From Azolla caroliniana (taxonomy: Eukaryota > Plantae > Polypodiophyta), in assembly GCA_043228905.1 (NCBI GenBank), contig JBHGNT010000004.1:12028001-12092000 (forward strand): a stretch of DNA of 64,000 nt, written 5' to 3'. Both the position numbers and the translations under genes were made by a program. The notes beneath the pieces are model-generated. The model was not told the origin of the DNA and made no database searches. It saw nothing but the letters and a program-made list of their open reading frames with translations. This document shows, piece by piece, positions 48,690-61,680 of this stretch. Within the stretch, counting starts at the first letter, position 1, and each line of letters begins with the position of its first letter.

Positions 48690-51548
48690 TAGGTAGCTCT
48701 GAGGTGTCGATCATCGACCAACGAGGATGAGAACCGGTATAAGTGTAAAATGGGGAGACCCGAGTCGAGGAGTGAACAACATTATTATATGCAAACTCCG
48801 TAATGCAAACTCCGCAAAGTGGAGAATCTTGGCCCAATCGTCCTGTTCATAACTCAGAAAACACCGGAGATATTGTTCCAGCGTTTGGTTTGTTCGTTCC
48901 GCCTGCCCATCGTTCTAGGGATGGTAGCCAGAGGAGAGGTTGCAAGAGACCTTGAGCATCGTGAAGAGATGCTGCCAAAATTTGGAGACAAATTGAGGTC
49001 CTCGGTCACTGATGATATTGTCTGGGAGGCCATGATGCCGAAATACCTCACGCATGACAAGGGCGGCGGTTTCCTCGCTAGTGATGGCCTTAGTACATGG
49101 CACAAAATGTGCCATCTTAGTATATTGATAGACGACGGTTAAGATATCATTGAACCCCTTCGAGACCGATAGATCTGTGATAAAATCAAGACAAATAGAC
49201 TGCCACGGCTTACTTGGAATCGGTAAGTGTTCCAACAAGCCATATGGATGGTGTCAGGGCATTTTTGCTCGGCAACAAGCATCACAAGTCTGAACGTAGT
49301 CGTTGACAAAACGTCGTATATGGGGCCACCAAAAAGATCGTTAAACAAGATCCAACGTCTTAATACTACCGAAATGTCCCGTCGTATGGTTGTCGTGACA
49401 ATTTTGGACGATTTGAAGGCGATAGGAGCAATCGGGGACATATACAAGCTTTTTAAAGAATAACAAACCATCATGATATTCGAATTGTCGGTAGTCCATA
49501 CCTGGATGTTGAGACTGGGAATAGGATGCTCGAGAGGTATCAATGTGCGTGAGAATGTCTTGAGAAAATTGTCTGTCTTCAAGTTTGCACGTATGGCATC
49601 AGTAATCCAGGAATCCATTGGGGTGTGAAAAATCCGCGTTGTGTGCAATCGTGTTGGTCCCAAGATTACTTGCGTTTGATTATCAAACGTTGGATCACCA
49701 GGACGAGGTGCAAGATATGAACGCCGTGATAGCGCATCTACTTTTCCTTGCTGCTTCCTCGATCGATATGTGATTTTGAAGTCAAAACGCGTGAGGAATT
49801 GAGCCCACCGAGCTTGCCGTCGATTTAGCACCCGAGCATTCTGGAAATAAGCAAGATTTTTGTGATCATTAAAGACGATGACCTGATGTGGAGATCCCTC
49901 TAAGAAATGCCGCCATTGCACAAAGGAATCCACAATGGCTAATAACTCCTTGTCATGTATTTCGTAGTTGATTTCCGCTGTATCGAATTTGCGCGAATGG
50001 AAAGCCACAGGATGTAACTCTTCTTTATCTCCTTGTTGAGAAAGGATGCTACCGAGGGCGAAATCTGATGCGTCGGCCTCCATGATGAATGCTTTGTTTG
50101 TATCCACATGAGCTAGAATAGGAGGTGATGTAAAGGTTTTCTTAAGATGCCGAAAAGCCATGCTTGCTTCATTGGACCAAAGAAATGCTTGTCCCTTCTT
50201 CGTAAGTTGTGTGAGAGGTAAAATAATCTTCGAGTAATCCTATATAAACTTGCGGTAGAAAGTAGCAAAACCTAGAAAACATTGTACATCTCCTACTGAC
50301 CGTGGAATTTGCCACTCTAGCACGGTTTGGACTTTAGCTGGATCCATGGAGATGCCCTTTGAGGAGATGACGTAGCCTAGAAATTCCACTTGCTTGCAGT
50401 CAAAGCTACATTTTTCTAGCTTGGCATAAAAACCATTCTCGCGGAGTCGTCTTAGTACTAATAGTACATGAGAATCGTGCTCTTCCTGGGTCTTCGAATA
50501 AATCAATAGATCATCCAGATAGATGATCAAACAGATATCCAAGAGGTCTCTGAATATATCATTTGCCATGTCTTGGAAGACTGCGGGTGCATTGGTTAGA
50601 CCGAACGGCAGAATAGTATATTTGAAATGCCCATACCGCGTGCGAAAGGTGGTCTTCCATTCATCTCCCGGTCAGATCCGCACGAGGTTATACGCTCCTT
50701 GTAAATCGATTTTGGTAAAAAACTTGGCACCATTAACTCGCTCTAACAGACTTGATATAAGAGGAAGTGCATACCTATTCTGGATGGTGACTTTATTCAA
50801 GCCGTGGTAATCAACGACGAGACAAAGTGAGCCATCTTTCTTCTTGACAAAGAAGATGGGTGCACCGGCCGGAGATTTCGAATGATGAATAAACCCGCTT
50901 GCCAAGTTCTCCTCTATGTAGGCGCGAAGGACTTCTAACTCGATGGGTGACAAGTTGTAAATTGGTCCCCATGGTGGCTCTGTTCCTGGTTGTAAATCGA
51001 TGGGACAATCATAGGGACGATGATGAGGAAGAGTACCGGCTTTTACCTTGTCAAATACATCGGCATAAGGATGATATTTTGCCGGAAGTTGCACTAGGGA
51101 TTCCTTCTTAATAATGTTGGAAGGATGTATTGATATTGCAAATAGGAACATTGCCTCCTTGTGTTCTTCTTCGCGTAATTGATGGAGTGAAATGGTCGAA
51201 AATTGATGAGTAGATTCTTGGGGTTGTTGATATTGGACTTCTCTTGTTCTCCAATCTATGTCTGGATTATGTAATTCAAACCAAGGTAATCCCAGGACAA
51301 TGGGATGCTCTGGACTACTAATTATATTAAATGATACTACACACACAAAACTACCTAGGACAACTTGAATGGGTTCTGACTCTTCTACAATATTCCCGAA
51401 AGCAATGGGACGACCATCAATGACTACTATAGATGTGGGGTAAGGAAGTTTTCATAAGGATATCTGAGAATCTTGGGCAAAATGGAACCACTAATGGGCT
51501 GTACAGATCTAGGGTTGTCCAACCAAATGGCTCCTATTTTGGCTAGAC

Positions 51549-52616
51549 TCAATCGTTTAACTCTTCATCTAATTGACTAAGGATTTCAAATTTGTTTGAG
51601 ATACTTGGGCTATTAGTACTATTAATACTATCAGACACTCTATTAGTACTATTAATACTATCAGATACTCCTAAGGGAAGAATTGACTCGGGTTTAGTAC
51701 ATGCTATGATTTGATTTACCTGTCTTCTTGACCTATGGGGACAATTGATTGCGATATGCCCTGGTCCACCGCAATAGAGACATAATCCATTTGCATGTCG
51801 TTGTTGTTTTTCTTCTTCCGATAACGGGCCACGTTGACGCATGGTGTCGATCTCCATCGGTGTCGGAGTATTTGCTTGAGGTATGTCGCGTGCAAACGGT
51901 TTAACTGTGACAGAGGCGTAAGTGGGCTCCGGCCTAGAGCGTGATATTTGTAATTGACGTTCCGAATGCCATTCGAAAAGGCGGTTGTCACATCGAACCG
52001 CTCGACTGATTACCTCCGTAAGAGACTTTGGTTCTTCGGGGAAGGTTAAAAATAAATCTTTGACATCGTTTCGGAGGCCGTAGAGAAACTGCACCATTAG
52101 GGCCTGATCATCCCAGGCTATATCTGAGGCGAGTAGATGGAAATCCGCCGCGTAGGTAGAGGCTGGACGATCGCCTTGACGCAATCGTCGGATTTTGTTG
52201 ATCGCCGTCCGGATGCTGTTGGTATCTCCAAAGCAGGCTTTAAAGTCACTAATAAAGTCCTCAAAGTTATTAAGCAAGGGCGATTGTTTTTTTAGAAGCG
52301 AAGCGAAACATGCCAAGGCTAAGCCGCTAAGCAACGTGCCTATTAGGCCGACTCGGGATGCATCAGTGGGGTATCGGGAAGGATGCATTTGGATGACTAA
52401 GCATACCTGATTAAGAAATCCCCTGAATTGTGATCGCGTTCCATCAAATTTCACAGAAAGTCCAATCTTGGGCTCTTTATGAAATCCTTGGGTACTCGAT
52501 CCTTGTTGTTGCAACGCTCCTTCGAGTTGTTGTACCCGTAACGCTAACTCCCCATGTTGTTTTTCGAGAGTGATTTGTTGCAGATTCCCTATCAACTCTT
52601 GGTTTTCTTGTTCCAA
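51549..52616 (-). CDS. gag: Gag of chromovirus N (N-terminus damaged)
   Basis: KFDGTRSQFRGFL, PMEID, CCHC knuckle; ends EELND-stop at the slippery site. Confidence 0.8.
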   Translation of the reverse strand: MEQENQELIGNLQQITLEKQHGELALRVQQLEGALQQQGSSTQGFHKEPKIGLSVKFDGTRSQFRGFLNQVCLVIQMHPSRYPTDASRVGLIGTLLSGLALACFASLLKKQSPLLNNFEDFISDFKACFGDTNSIRTAINKIRRLRQGDRPASTYAADFHLLASDIAWDDQALMVQFLYGLRNDVKDLFLTFPEEPKSLTEVISRAVRCDNRLFEWHSERQLQISRSRPEPTYASVTVKPFARDIPQANTPTPMEIDTMRQRGPLSEEEKQQRHANGLCLYCGGPGHIAINCPHRSRRQVNQIIACTKPESILPLGVSDSINSTNRVSDSINSTNSPSISNKFEILSQLDEELND

Positions 52617-55600
52617 GGCAACAAAATTTTCTTTTAGACACTATAGCTCGGAGAAAACGGATTGATATTCTTGGGTGCTAACAATAGCAATAGTATAGGA
52701 AAAAGGGTAGGAGGATGAGGAAAAACGACAAGTAGACTTGAGGGGTAAAATTGGTTCAAACTGTGAGGAATAGTACTAAAATAGAGAGAGAATTAGTACT
52801 GGAAAAGGAAAGTACTATTAGTACTAAGAGGACGGGACTGCGTAAGACTCTCGAGCGAGGAAGAGAGAAGAGGAGAGAGAGAGATAGTGAGGACGAGAGA
52901 GAGAGAGATGATGATAACAGAGGATATATTATGTGAAGAGTAAGTAAAAAAGGGCTATGAGGCTTAAGACTGGCGTTGAACCAATTTGGTTCAAAATAAT
53001 GCCTAGTGCCTTCTTTTATAGTGTTCTCAGGAGTAATCCTGAAGCTTCTAGAATGTTCTAGAGAAATCTGGAATATACATTAATTTACTATAATAAAACT
53101 TAAATGAAAATAATATCCTACGTATTACAATAGAAAGTATAATGGTCAAGAGCTCAACCCATATACCATAAGGTCATGGGTTCGAGTCTTGCCATATCAT
53201 GACAGCCACAGAGAGAGCGAGTGCTGGAAGAAGCGTGCCGATTCGGATAAATCCGGATCCGACTAGGCCGGACAAGGGAAATGGAAAAGCTTGCACTACG
53301 CAGAAAGATGACAAGGATCCGGAACCGCGAATACCGAAAAAGGGCTAGATTTCATGATGAAGCACAAGGTGAACTCGATGAAGAAGACCACTTTTGGATT
53401 GGAGGAAGTATGGTATATTGATTCTAGAGCGACGAGCCACGAAGAGTGGTTCTCCTTTTTAGAACAACCGGGAATCGCCGAAACTGGAGACGACACCCCT
53501 CACCCAATTGTGCATGTCAGAGAAGTCCCTTTAAGCCATGTTGGACAAAAGGGAAAGCTTATGAACATACTACACGTCCCGACAATCACAAAGAACCTGG
53601 TGTCAGTCAGACAAATCGTCGACCGGGGAATGGAGGTGCGGTTTATGCATCGTGGGTGCTTCATCGAGGAGGAAGGCCGAATTATCGCGCAAGGGTGCAG
53701 GGAAGGGAGGATGTTCATACTCTCAACACAAATGACGTCGGCACCGCCATGTTTGCCAAAGGACAGAAGATTGAATCGGACATCGATCTTTGGCATAAGC
53801 AGATCGGCCATGTCAACTACCAGAGGCTTCAAGATCTACAATCGAAACAAGTTGTGTTCGGATTGCCAAAGTTTAGTGGCTGGAAGACCCAAATATGTGA
53901 AGCCTGCCAACTCGAGAAGAAACATTGGCTTCCATTCCCCACCGAACGAAACCGGAGCCGTAACAAGCTTGACCTAATCCATTCAGATGTATGGGGACCG
54001 GCACAAAACGTTAGTCTTGGCGGGAGTCAGTATTTTGTCTCCTTCATCGACGATCACAACCGGCACACGTGGATCTACCTGATCGAGAAGAAAAGTGAAG
54101 TCTTCAACTGTTTCCGAAACCTTCAAAGCTTAGTCGAAAGGGAAACAGAGAGGAAGATCAAGTGACTGCGGTTGGATGGCGGAAAATAATACTTTTTTGG
54201 CCAATTCAATTGTTATCTGCATCAGAACGGAATTTGGAGAGAATTCAGCTGTCGATACACACCGGAACAAAACAGTGTGGCGAAGAGAAAGAACCGGCCG
54301 ATTGTCAACGCGGCAAGGGCAATGCTAGAGGAGAAGAGCATGCCCAAATTCTACTAGGCTGAGGTGGTCAAGACAACCGTCTACATCGAAAACTGAATCG
54401 GGGACAAGGTGTCAGCTCATGAGTTGTATTTCAGGCGGAAGCCAAGTTTGAGACACCTTCGGATATTCGGTAGCATAGCATATGTGCATGTACTGGATGA
54501 GAAGCAAAGGAAGCTGGATCAGAAATTGAAGAAGTGCATACTCGTCTGCGACTGGCATGAACAGAACGAGTGTTATAACCCCTGGACTAAACAGGTACGA
54601 GTAAGTCGAGATGTCGAGTTTGATCAGTTGGCATCATGGTACTCTCTACCGACTCCAACTCCTGACGAAGACCCGATTCCGAAGGATGAGGCTAGTGAAC
54701 CTGGAGAGGTTCAAGAAGAAGAAGATGAAGGATTCGGTACTCTAGATGAGAGTCCGATCTCATTTCGGCTAAGTGGATCGAATCAATAGCTGAGTCGGGA
54801 TCACCATACGGATGAAGAACCAGCGAGTAGTGGAGACTCTGCCGTGCTCTCCCCGTGCAAGGAACCGAGGAGAAAATTCACGCGCAAAGAGAAGGGGAAG
54901 AAGAAGATGCCGGAATACGATACCGGCAGTGAAGGGTTGGATCGGAACGAATCGGACCTAGGACAGGAAGAAGGCGGATCTTCAGAAAGGAAGTCTCAAC
55001 CGACTAAGAAGGGCCTCAAACCGGGTAACGAAAAGTTACGTCGGTCAACCCGTCAAAAGAAAGCCGTCATGAGGTAATGGTGGAAGTGCATGAGCCAAAG
55101 AACTACGCAGAAGCAGCAAAAGACGCAAATTGGCGTGCTGCTATGGAGGAAGAAATGCGGGCACTTGTTGCCAACAATACATGGGACCTGGTTGACCCTC
55201 CTCGACAGTGTAAACTGATCGGTTGTAAATGGGTATATAAGGTGAAGTACAATGTCGATGGTTCGGTCAACCGGTACAAGAACCGGTTAGTGGCAAAGGG
55301 ATACGCATAGACCCATGGAATCGACTACGATGAGACCTTCGCTCCGGTAGCAAAGACGCTGATGGTTCGTGTGGTACTGGCTGTTGTTGTGGCAAGGGGA
55401 TGACATCTCCACCAAATGGATGTGAAGAATGCGTTACTTCAAGGTGACCTTGAAGAACAGGTCTATATGATCCAACCCCCCGATTTCCAATCAGAGATGA
55501 ACAAGTCGGCAGTGTGCCGACTCAAGAAGTTGCTTTACGGTCTGAAGCAAGCCCCCCTAACTTCGAATGCGAAGATCACGCACCGGTTACGTAAGATGGG

Positions 55601-56074
55601 GTTTGCGGCCTAAAAATCCGACTCGTCATTGTTCATCCGATGGTCTAGTCTGTATCCTGCTATATGTTAATGATTTAGTCATCACCGGACCCGAACTGGA
55701 TGAAATCGGCAAACTGATGTCCTAGTTGTCGGACGCATTTGAAATGAAGGACCTAGGGGACCTTCATTATTTTCTTGGGATTGAGGTGATCCGAACCCCT
55801 GATGGCATATCGCTCTCATAAAGACACTATGTGCTGAATATGCTGTACAAGTTCGGCATGATGGAATGTCGACCGATCTCCCCACCCCTGGACTGGAACC
55901 TGAAGCTACGTCCTGACTCCAGCCCGGCCTGGGATTAGAAACGGTTTCGAAAAATTGTTGGAAGCTTCATATACTTGACAATCACTCAACCCGACATTAG
56001 TTACCTGGTTAGAGTGATTAGCTAGTTCATGCGGAGCACCTTCAGTGCGCGCACCCGATACTCCAAGATGTTAG

Positions 56075-57587
56075 ACAACCATCTACGACCTCGCGGTCAA
56101 CAATAACTTATAGCACCGGCATTCCATGGAGGCCCACGGTTTGGAGATAGGCACCCACGACAAAAGAACATCGTCTAAAACCGAGCTTTTGTCCATGTTG
56201 AGTGCCCTCGCAAGACAACTCGTGTCATTTTGCAAATTGTACCATCTGTATCGGCATCCCTCGTTCCTCCACATCCCCTTCACACACCTCTCCCCTCTCG
56301 ATTTTAGGAGCATGCACGGGACTACCCATTTGGTAGCCGACATTGTAATCGATTCTACCCGTCTTTTTAATTTTTACCATCCTAACCTCCCCTCATTTTT
56401 CTCATATTACCACTTTATCCCTCCCATTATCTTTTAAATTACCCTCCTATCCCTCCCTTTACTTTTGAAAATTACCACCCTACCCTTGCGCTCACTTTTC
56501 CCAAACTACTACCCTACCCCTCCTCTTACCTTTGTTTTACATACCCCCCTACCCTCCTACCCCTTTAAACCCTCACTTTTCATTATCACGCCTCTACCCC
56601 TCCATCACTTTTACCTCTACCCCCTCCCTTCCCACTTTTAAGCTTTTTTTATACTCTACCCCTCCTCCAACTTTTCCCTACTTACGCCTCTACCCCTCCT
56701 CCACCTTTTCCCTATTTACGCCTCTACCCCTCCAACTTTTTCCCTATTTACGCCACTACCCCTCCATTTTACCTAACCCACCCTATACCCCTTATTCTGA
56801 ACTCATGATTTATCCCTACCCCTCATCCCTCTAAATCTCTCTCTCTTTATCTCTCTTACTTTTTGGCCCTACACTTTTGCTCATATTACCTTCTCGTTTC
56901 CCTATATTTTAACACCCTTACCATTACCCTCTCCTTCCTCAACAAACACATGTGCACATCCTTTACCCTCTCTCTTACCTTTTTGTTTTTTTTCTCCCCT
57001 ACACCCTCTCACCATTCCCTTTTCCTTATCTTTAAAAACCTTACACCCCACTACCATCCTTTAATGTGCACATATGAACATAGCACACCCCTACCCCCCA
57101 CTACCTATTTTGATCCCACACCCTCACTCTACCCCTCTCCTAAAATCCTATATAAACCCCTTCCCTCAACCTCATGGTCTTATGACATTGATGAGCCCTT
57201 CGAGGCGACACTAGTTTGATGGTTACGTAAGACCATGCCCCCATTACCCCTCTTCCTTACCCTCCTACCCCTCCCTTTACCTTGTGTTACACTTAGGGTT
57301 ATGTTTTTTTATTGTTTACGGTTTAATCATTTTATTAGTTTTTATGTTTAGCCCCCACCCCCCTTCCCCTTTCTCCCTCTCTTTCATTTTTTAATTAGTA
57401 TGTTAATCCCCTACCCTTGCCCCTCTTCTTAATACCTACTCCCGTCTCTTCGTATACAACAAGCACTCTATTGATTCAGGTGCGCTCAATCGACCTTGGT
57501 GTTCCTCTTCTCCAATCTCATTTGCCTGACGATGATCCACCATTTCCGCACTCCTCGTCTACAACCTCGCGGTCAACAATAACTTAT
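56075..57587 (+). mobile_element. Insertion O: candidate non-autonomous Penelope-like or retrozyme element
   Basis: 30-bp direct repeat at 56082-56111 and 57558-57587, ~26-bp degenerate target duplication, TACCC-rich tract, TATA box plus hammerhead-like motif; no TG..CA LTRs. Confidence 0.55.
57173..57237 (+). ncRNA. Degenerate type I minimal hammerhead ribozyme
   Basis: CATGGTCTTATG..TTGATGA-GCC-CTTCGA-GGC-GACA-CTAG-TT..CGTAAGACCATG; two core mismatches against CTGATGA/GAAA. Confidence 0.6.
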
Positions 57588-60500
57588 GCGCACCGGATAC
57601 TCTGGTATGTTAGCAGCACGAAGGATTAGGGACTATTATACTAACACGGTATAGCTGGGAAGCTAGTCGGATATACCAATGCCGATTGGGCTGGTGATGC
57701 ATCGGATCACCGATCCACCTCCAGTTACATGTTTTCTCTTGGTAGCGCGACTATTGCGTGGAGCACCAAAAAGCAGCCAACAGTGGCTCTATCGAGCACT
57801 GAAGCTGAATACCAAGGCGCTACCATTGCCACCTATGAAGCCATCTGGCTTCGGCGACTACTCTGTGACCTCTAGAGCGAGGTGCCGACCCCGATCCTGA
57901 TCTATGGCGATATCATGAGCAACATACAGCTCGCCAAGAACCCAGTGTTCCATGCTCGAACGAAGCACATAGAAGTGCATTATCAGTTTGTCCGTGAGCG
58001 GGTTTTGAGCGGTGAAGTTGAACTGTGATATGGTCACACGGATCGGCAAGTAGCCGACATCTTCACCAAGCCACTCGGATCAGACAAGTTGCAGCTTTTT
58101 TCGAAGATGCTCGACGTTCAACATCTTGATGTGCCTCACTTGAGGGGGAGAATGGAAATAGGTAATAGCACCGGACAAGGAGCCGGAGAGTTAGGAAGAC
58201 CTCAAACAAGGGGAGATGAGTAGAAAAAGGAAGCTGAGTCGACCAAAGGAGTCGGCACATCCGAACAAGGCGGAGTAAACGACAACAATGGCATAATCAA
58301 GAAGGACAGAGCTGACCGGAAGAAGAAGGCCAAGACCTGGACATGGTCCGATGTTCGGAATGGCCTAAAAACGAAAGACGAGTTGGAGACTACAAACTCG
58401 AACAAGAGCTGGAACGAATTGGAGGAAGCTGATTCGATTGAAGATTCGGAGAAGCCGGATGAACTAAAGGCCAAGCAGACGAGAAGGCGACACCGACACG
58501 GAGGAACCGATGGATCGACAAGTGCCAGAGTCATAGCAGCGAAGGAGCTGAAATGGGCCTGTTGAGCAGACAAGCTGACCAAGGAGGTCACGGTTTGCGG
58601 TATCGGACGGGTCGCGGGAAGCAGAAATGGACAGGACGAGGAGTGCGAGCAAGCGGAAGGACGTCAGAAGGAGCCGAAGGAAAGGACCGATTACTGCAGA
58701 CACTGACATCACGATCTGACCTCAAGTTGAGCTTGAGGGGGAGTGTTGAGCGAGCAAACTCAACCAGATCCGGATCGGCTGGATAAGCCTGAGCCGGATC
58801 GGTATCCGGAACGAAGAGACGGAAGATATCTGGATCGGTATCCAGATGATATCCGGGACCACAAGCGCCAGATTCAAATGTGAACCAGAAGGCAAGGCTA
58901 GTAGTAGCCTATACTCCTAAACTACTAGGTAGTCAGAGTCCTCGTAGTTAGTGTTAGCCACTTGTATGAGCATTGAAGTACATAGTACTTCTGTCAGTCC
59001 TTTTGAGGACTTGTATAAATGGTGTTGTTTAGCACGATTGTATGTACAGAGTTACAGAGTGTTATTTTTTAATAGAGTTTTATGTTCTGCTCTCTCTCTC
59101 TCTCTCTCTCGTGTATGCTAAATATTCTCAAGCTTCCATTGAACCTGTGTTTTCTATTCTCTGTTGTTGCCAGGCTAAATGGGCTTTGTCAAGCTTCCGC
59201 ACACTAACTTTTATAGAGACAAAGACCGTTGAAGAACGACTTGATGGTCGGAAACGACCGAACGGATGGACAGAAGAATGAACGAAGGACTGGAAAGATA
59301 GTGTCAGAGACGGACAACCGGACCGATCGATAGACAACAACCAAGATTAGTTGGCGGCTGGAGACTGGCCAATAAGTGGACAAAGACGAATGGAAAAACA
59401 CGACAGACCAAAAAGACACAGCTAGACGGGCCAAACGGCCGGAATGGTGATGGATTCGGGACGACGATTAGACGGCGGTGGCCACATACCAACGGCTAGA
59501 GTGGTGGCCGACCAACAGTGGCTAGAGTGGTGCTCTGACAAAGACAAAGACTGGATGGAGCGGCGGCCGTACAGTGGCAGCGGCTAGAGCGGCAGCCACC
59601 AGATAACAACCGGATCGATTTTCGGAATGCACAAAGACACATAACCGTCGAACGGGCCGTACGACGGAGATAGCCGGACTGACGGTCGGACAACCGCGGA
59701 AGAGTAACCTGACAGGCGGCGAACGGGCCTGACGGACACAGAGATGGGAGTCGAAAACGGCTGGACATATGAACGGACAGCGGATGGCCAGACAACAGCC
59801 AACAGCCGGAGGGAACGATCGGTCGGATGAAGCAGTGATATTCGGACAAAAGTTCGGGTGGTGGTAGTGAAAAATCAGCGGCCGAACAATGACTAAGGAA
59901 AGAAATGGCCAGACGATGGTCTCAATGCATGGTGGTGGATGGATAGCAGCAACGGCTTGAAACCCCAAATAGACAGTCGGAGTTGCCGAAATGATGGGCT
60001 AGATGGCAATGGTGCCGGAGACAGAGATGGAGTGGCAGTTCCTTAGGAGGAACGGACATGGTCAGAATGGCCGGCTAGAGGCCGGAATGGCTAAACAAGT
60101 AGTGGTTGAACAAAGAGACAAAGGGCGTCGATAGAGTCGACAACCACCACAGGCGGAGACCTGACAGGAGGCTGACGAGATACGTCAAAACAGAAAAGAA
60201 AGAGAAAAACAAGCAAAAGAAAAAGAGGAAACAGAAAAGAGGAAGAAGGACATAGAGAACAAGACAAATACAAACTGGGAGGGAAAAAAAGAAAGAAAGA
60301 AAAAGACCTAAAATGAAACAAAGAATAATAAAAGAAGTAACAAAATGAAACAAAAAAGTGAGAGAGGGAAAACGAGAAAACAGGGACCAAATTTCAAAAG
60401 GTGACATAATTTTAAGAACTCATCAACCTGAACGAAATGGATGTAACCGAGTCGCGATAACTCACAAGATACACTTGGGAAGAATACACATACACACAAT

Positions 60501-61362
60501 GTTTTTTTGACGACCTAAATGATGATACCAAAGTTCGTGAGCTGATAGAATGAGAATATTCATGTCGAGGAAGATTCGTTGATCGACGGAGATGTTGGTG
60601 TCAAGCGTTTCGATCAAAGAAGTCGATCGATGAGAGGATCGATGGAAGTTCTGGTTGAAGAAAGATGAGGATCAAGGCCTATGGGATTGACATGCAAGGC
60701 ACTCTCCCACAGGCGTGCGATTATGTGTTACCATACGGGATGTACGGGTGATGTAGAGTGTGATGAGCAAGGGTCGAATGCTATAATGTTGTTAATGTGT
60801 ATGTGTAAATGTGTAAGTGTAATTGTGAGTGTGAGTAATTACGTATGTGTACACATGCACACGTGTGTGCATGTGGATGGATACGAGGAGATGTGAGTGA
60901 GTGATTAGTATGAATGGAGAAGGGGGCTTGCACCCCAATGTATCTACCCCCTCTTGTAACTATTTAACCCCTTATGGGGAATGAATGAAACATGAAAGGA
61001 ATAGTTCTCTCTCAATCTCTCTCTGTCTCTCTTGTCATCTTTCTTTCTCTCCCTCTTCCCTAACATTGAACCCGCTTGGGAGAGGGGTCCAGCCATTCTA
61101 GGCACCACCCCCCACCCCACAATGCTTCTCAATGCCATCACCATTTCCATCTTTATTATTATCATCAATCCTCCCAAGGCTCATCGCACACACCATTTCG
61201 TTTTAGGTCTTTTTCTTTCTTTCTTTTTTTCCCTCTCTATTTGTATTTGTCTTGTTCTCTACGTCCTTCTTCCTCTTTTATGTTTCCTCTCTTTCTCTTC
61301 CTCTTTCTCTTTTGCTTGGTTCTCTCTTTCTTTTCTATTTTGACGTATCTTGTCAACAACAC

Positions 61363-61391
61363 CACACACACACACACACACACACATACAC
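61363..61391. repeat. (CA)n microsatellite
   Basis: cacaca... run. Confidence 0.9.
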
Positions 61392-61434
61392 TACAAGATT
61401 GTCATGGTCCCACCAAAACCCATGTTATCTTTTT

Positions 61435-61680
61435 TGTTGAGCAGACAAGCTCAACTGGATCCGGATTAGTTGAAAAGCCAAAACCGAATCGGTATATGGA
61501 ACGGAGAACCGGATAGGTGCCATATCGGTACCTGGAACCAAGAGCCGCATTGTAGTCCGGATCAGTGTGAACCGGTAGGCCGTTAGGGGCCTATGGATCT
61601 AGCCTAGTACGTAGGCATATGGGAGTCAGTATAAGTCGCTTATATGAGCATTGAAGTACATGTTAGTACTTCTGTCTGTT
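61435..61680 (+). repeat. Partial LTR Q of the copia A/M family, interrupted by L
   Basis: TGTTGAGCAGACAAGCTCAAC start as at 325; appears to resume at about 63470-63495 (GGACTTGTATAAA). Confidence 0.75.

Larger units (their letters stand above)
46979..53204 (-). mobile_element. Chromovirus N (Tcn1-like, relative of F)
   Basis: LTRs 46979-47403 and 52762-53204, perfect TSD GCCAC, gag 51549-52616 (CLYCGGPGHIAINC), RT YLDD, RH, INT, chromodomain YYLVDWLGY; protease active site deleted near 51482. Confidence 0.95.
53210..58140 (+). pseudogene. pol: Copia M protease-integrase-RT-RNase H
   Basis: WYIDS, LWHKQ..CEAC, HSDVWG/FIDD, WDLV..LVAKGY, MDVKNA, LYGLKQAP, SSTEAEY, RTKHIEVHY. Confidence 0.9.
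40137..59215 (+). mobile_element. Copia M (family of A), full-length but decayed; hosts J, N and O
   Basis: LTRs 40137-40606 and 58744-59215, perfect TSD GAGAC, PBS 40607-40618, PPT TTGAGGGGGAG; gag from 40702, PR-INT 53210-55070, RT-RH 55077-58140. Confidence 0.93.
39726..61361 (+). mobile_element. Putative non-coding LTR element P (LARD-like); hosts copia M
   Basis: TGTTACC(G/A)TAC..GATGTAGAGTGTGAT occurs at 39726 and 60726; LTR 60726-61361; candidate TSD CCACA on both sides; GA-rich non-coding interior continuous across M. Confidence 0.55.

Noticed and set aside
56440-57140. Interstitial telomeric repeat
   Set aside because: TACCC/CTACCCCT-rich but not a CCCTAAA array; treated as a low-complexity part of insert O.
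57526-57545. Second hammerhead core (CTGACGA)
   Set aside because: No stem II or GAAA follows it.
59221-60500. Short ORFs in the GA-rich region as host genes
   Set aside because: Low-complexity translations with no domains, lying inside putative element P.
61435-61680. The missing 3' LTR of copia A
   Set aside because: Same family, but no upstream PPT or pol and no matching TSD.
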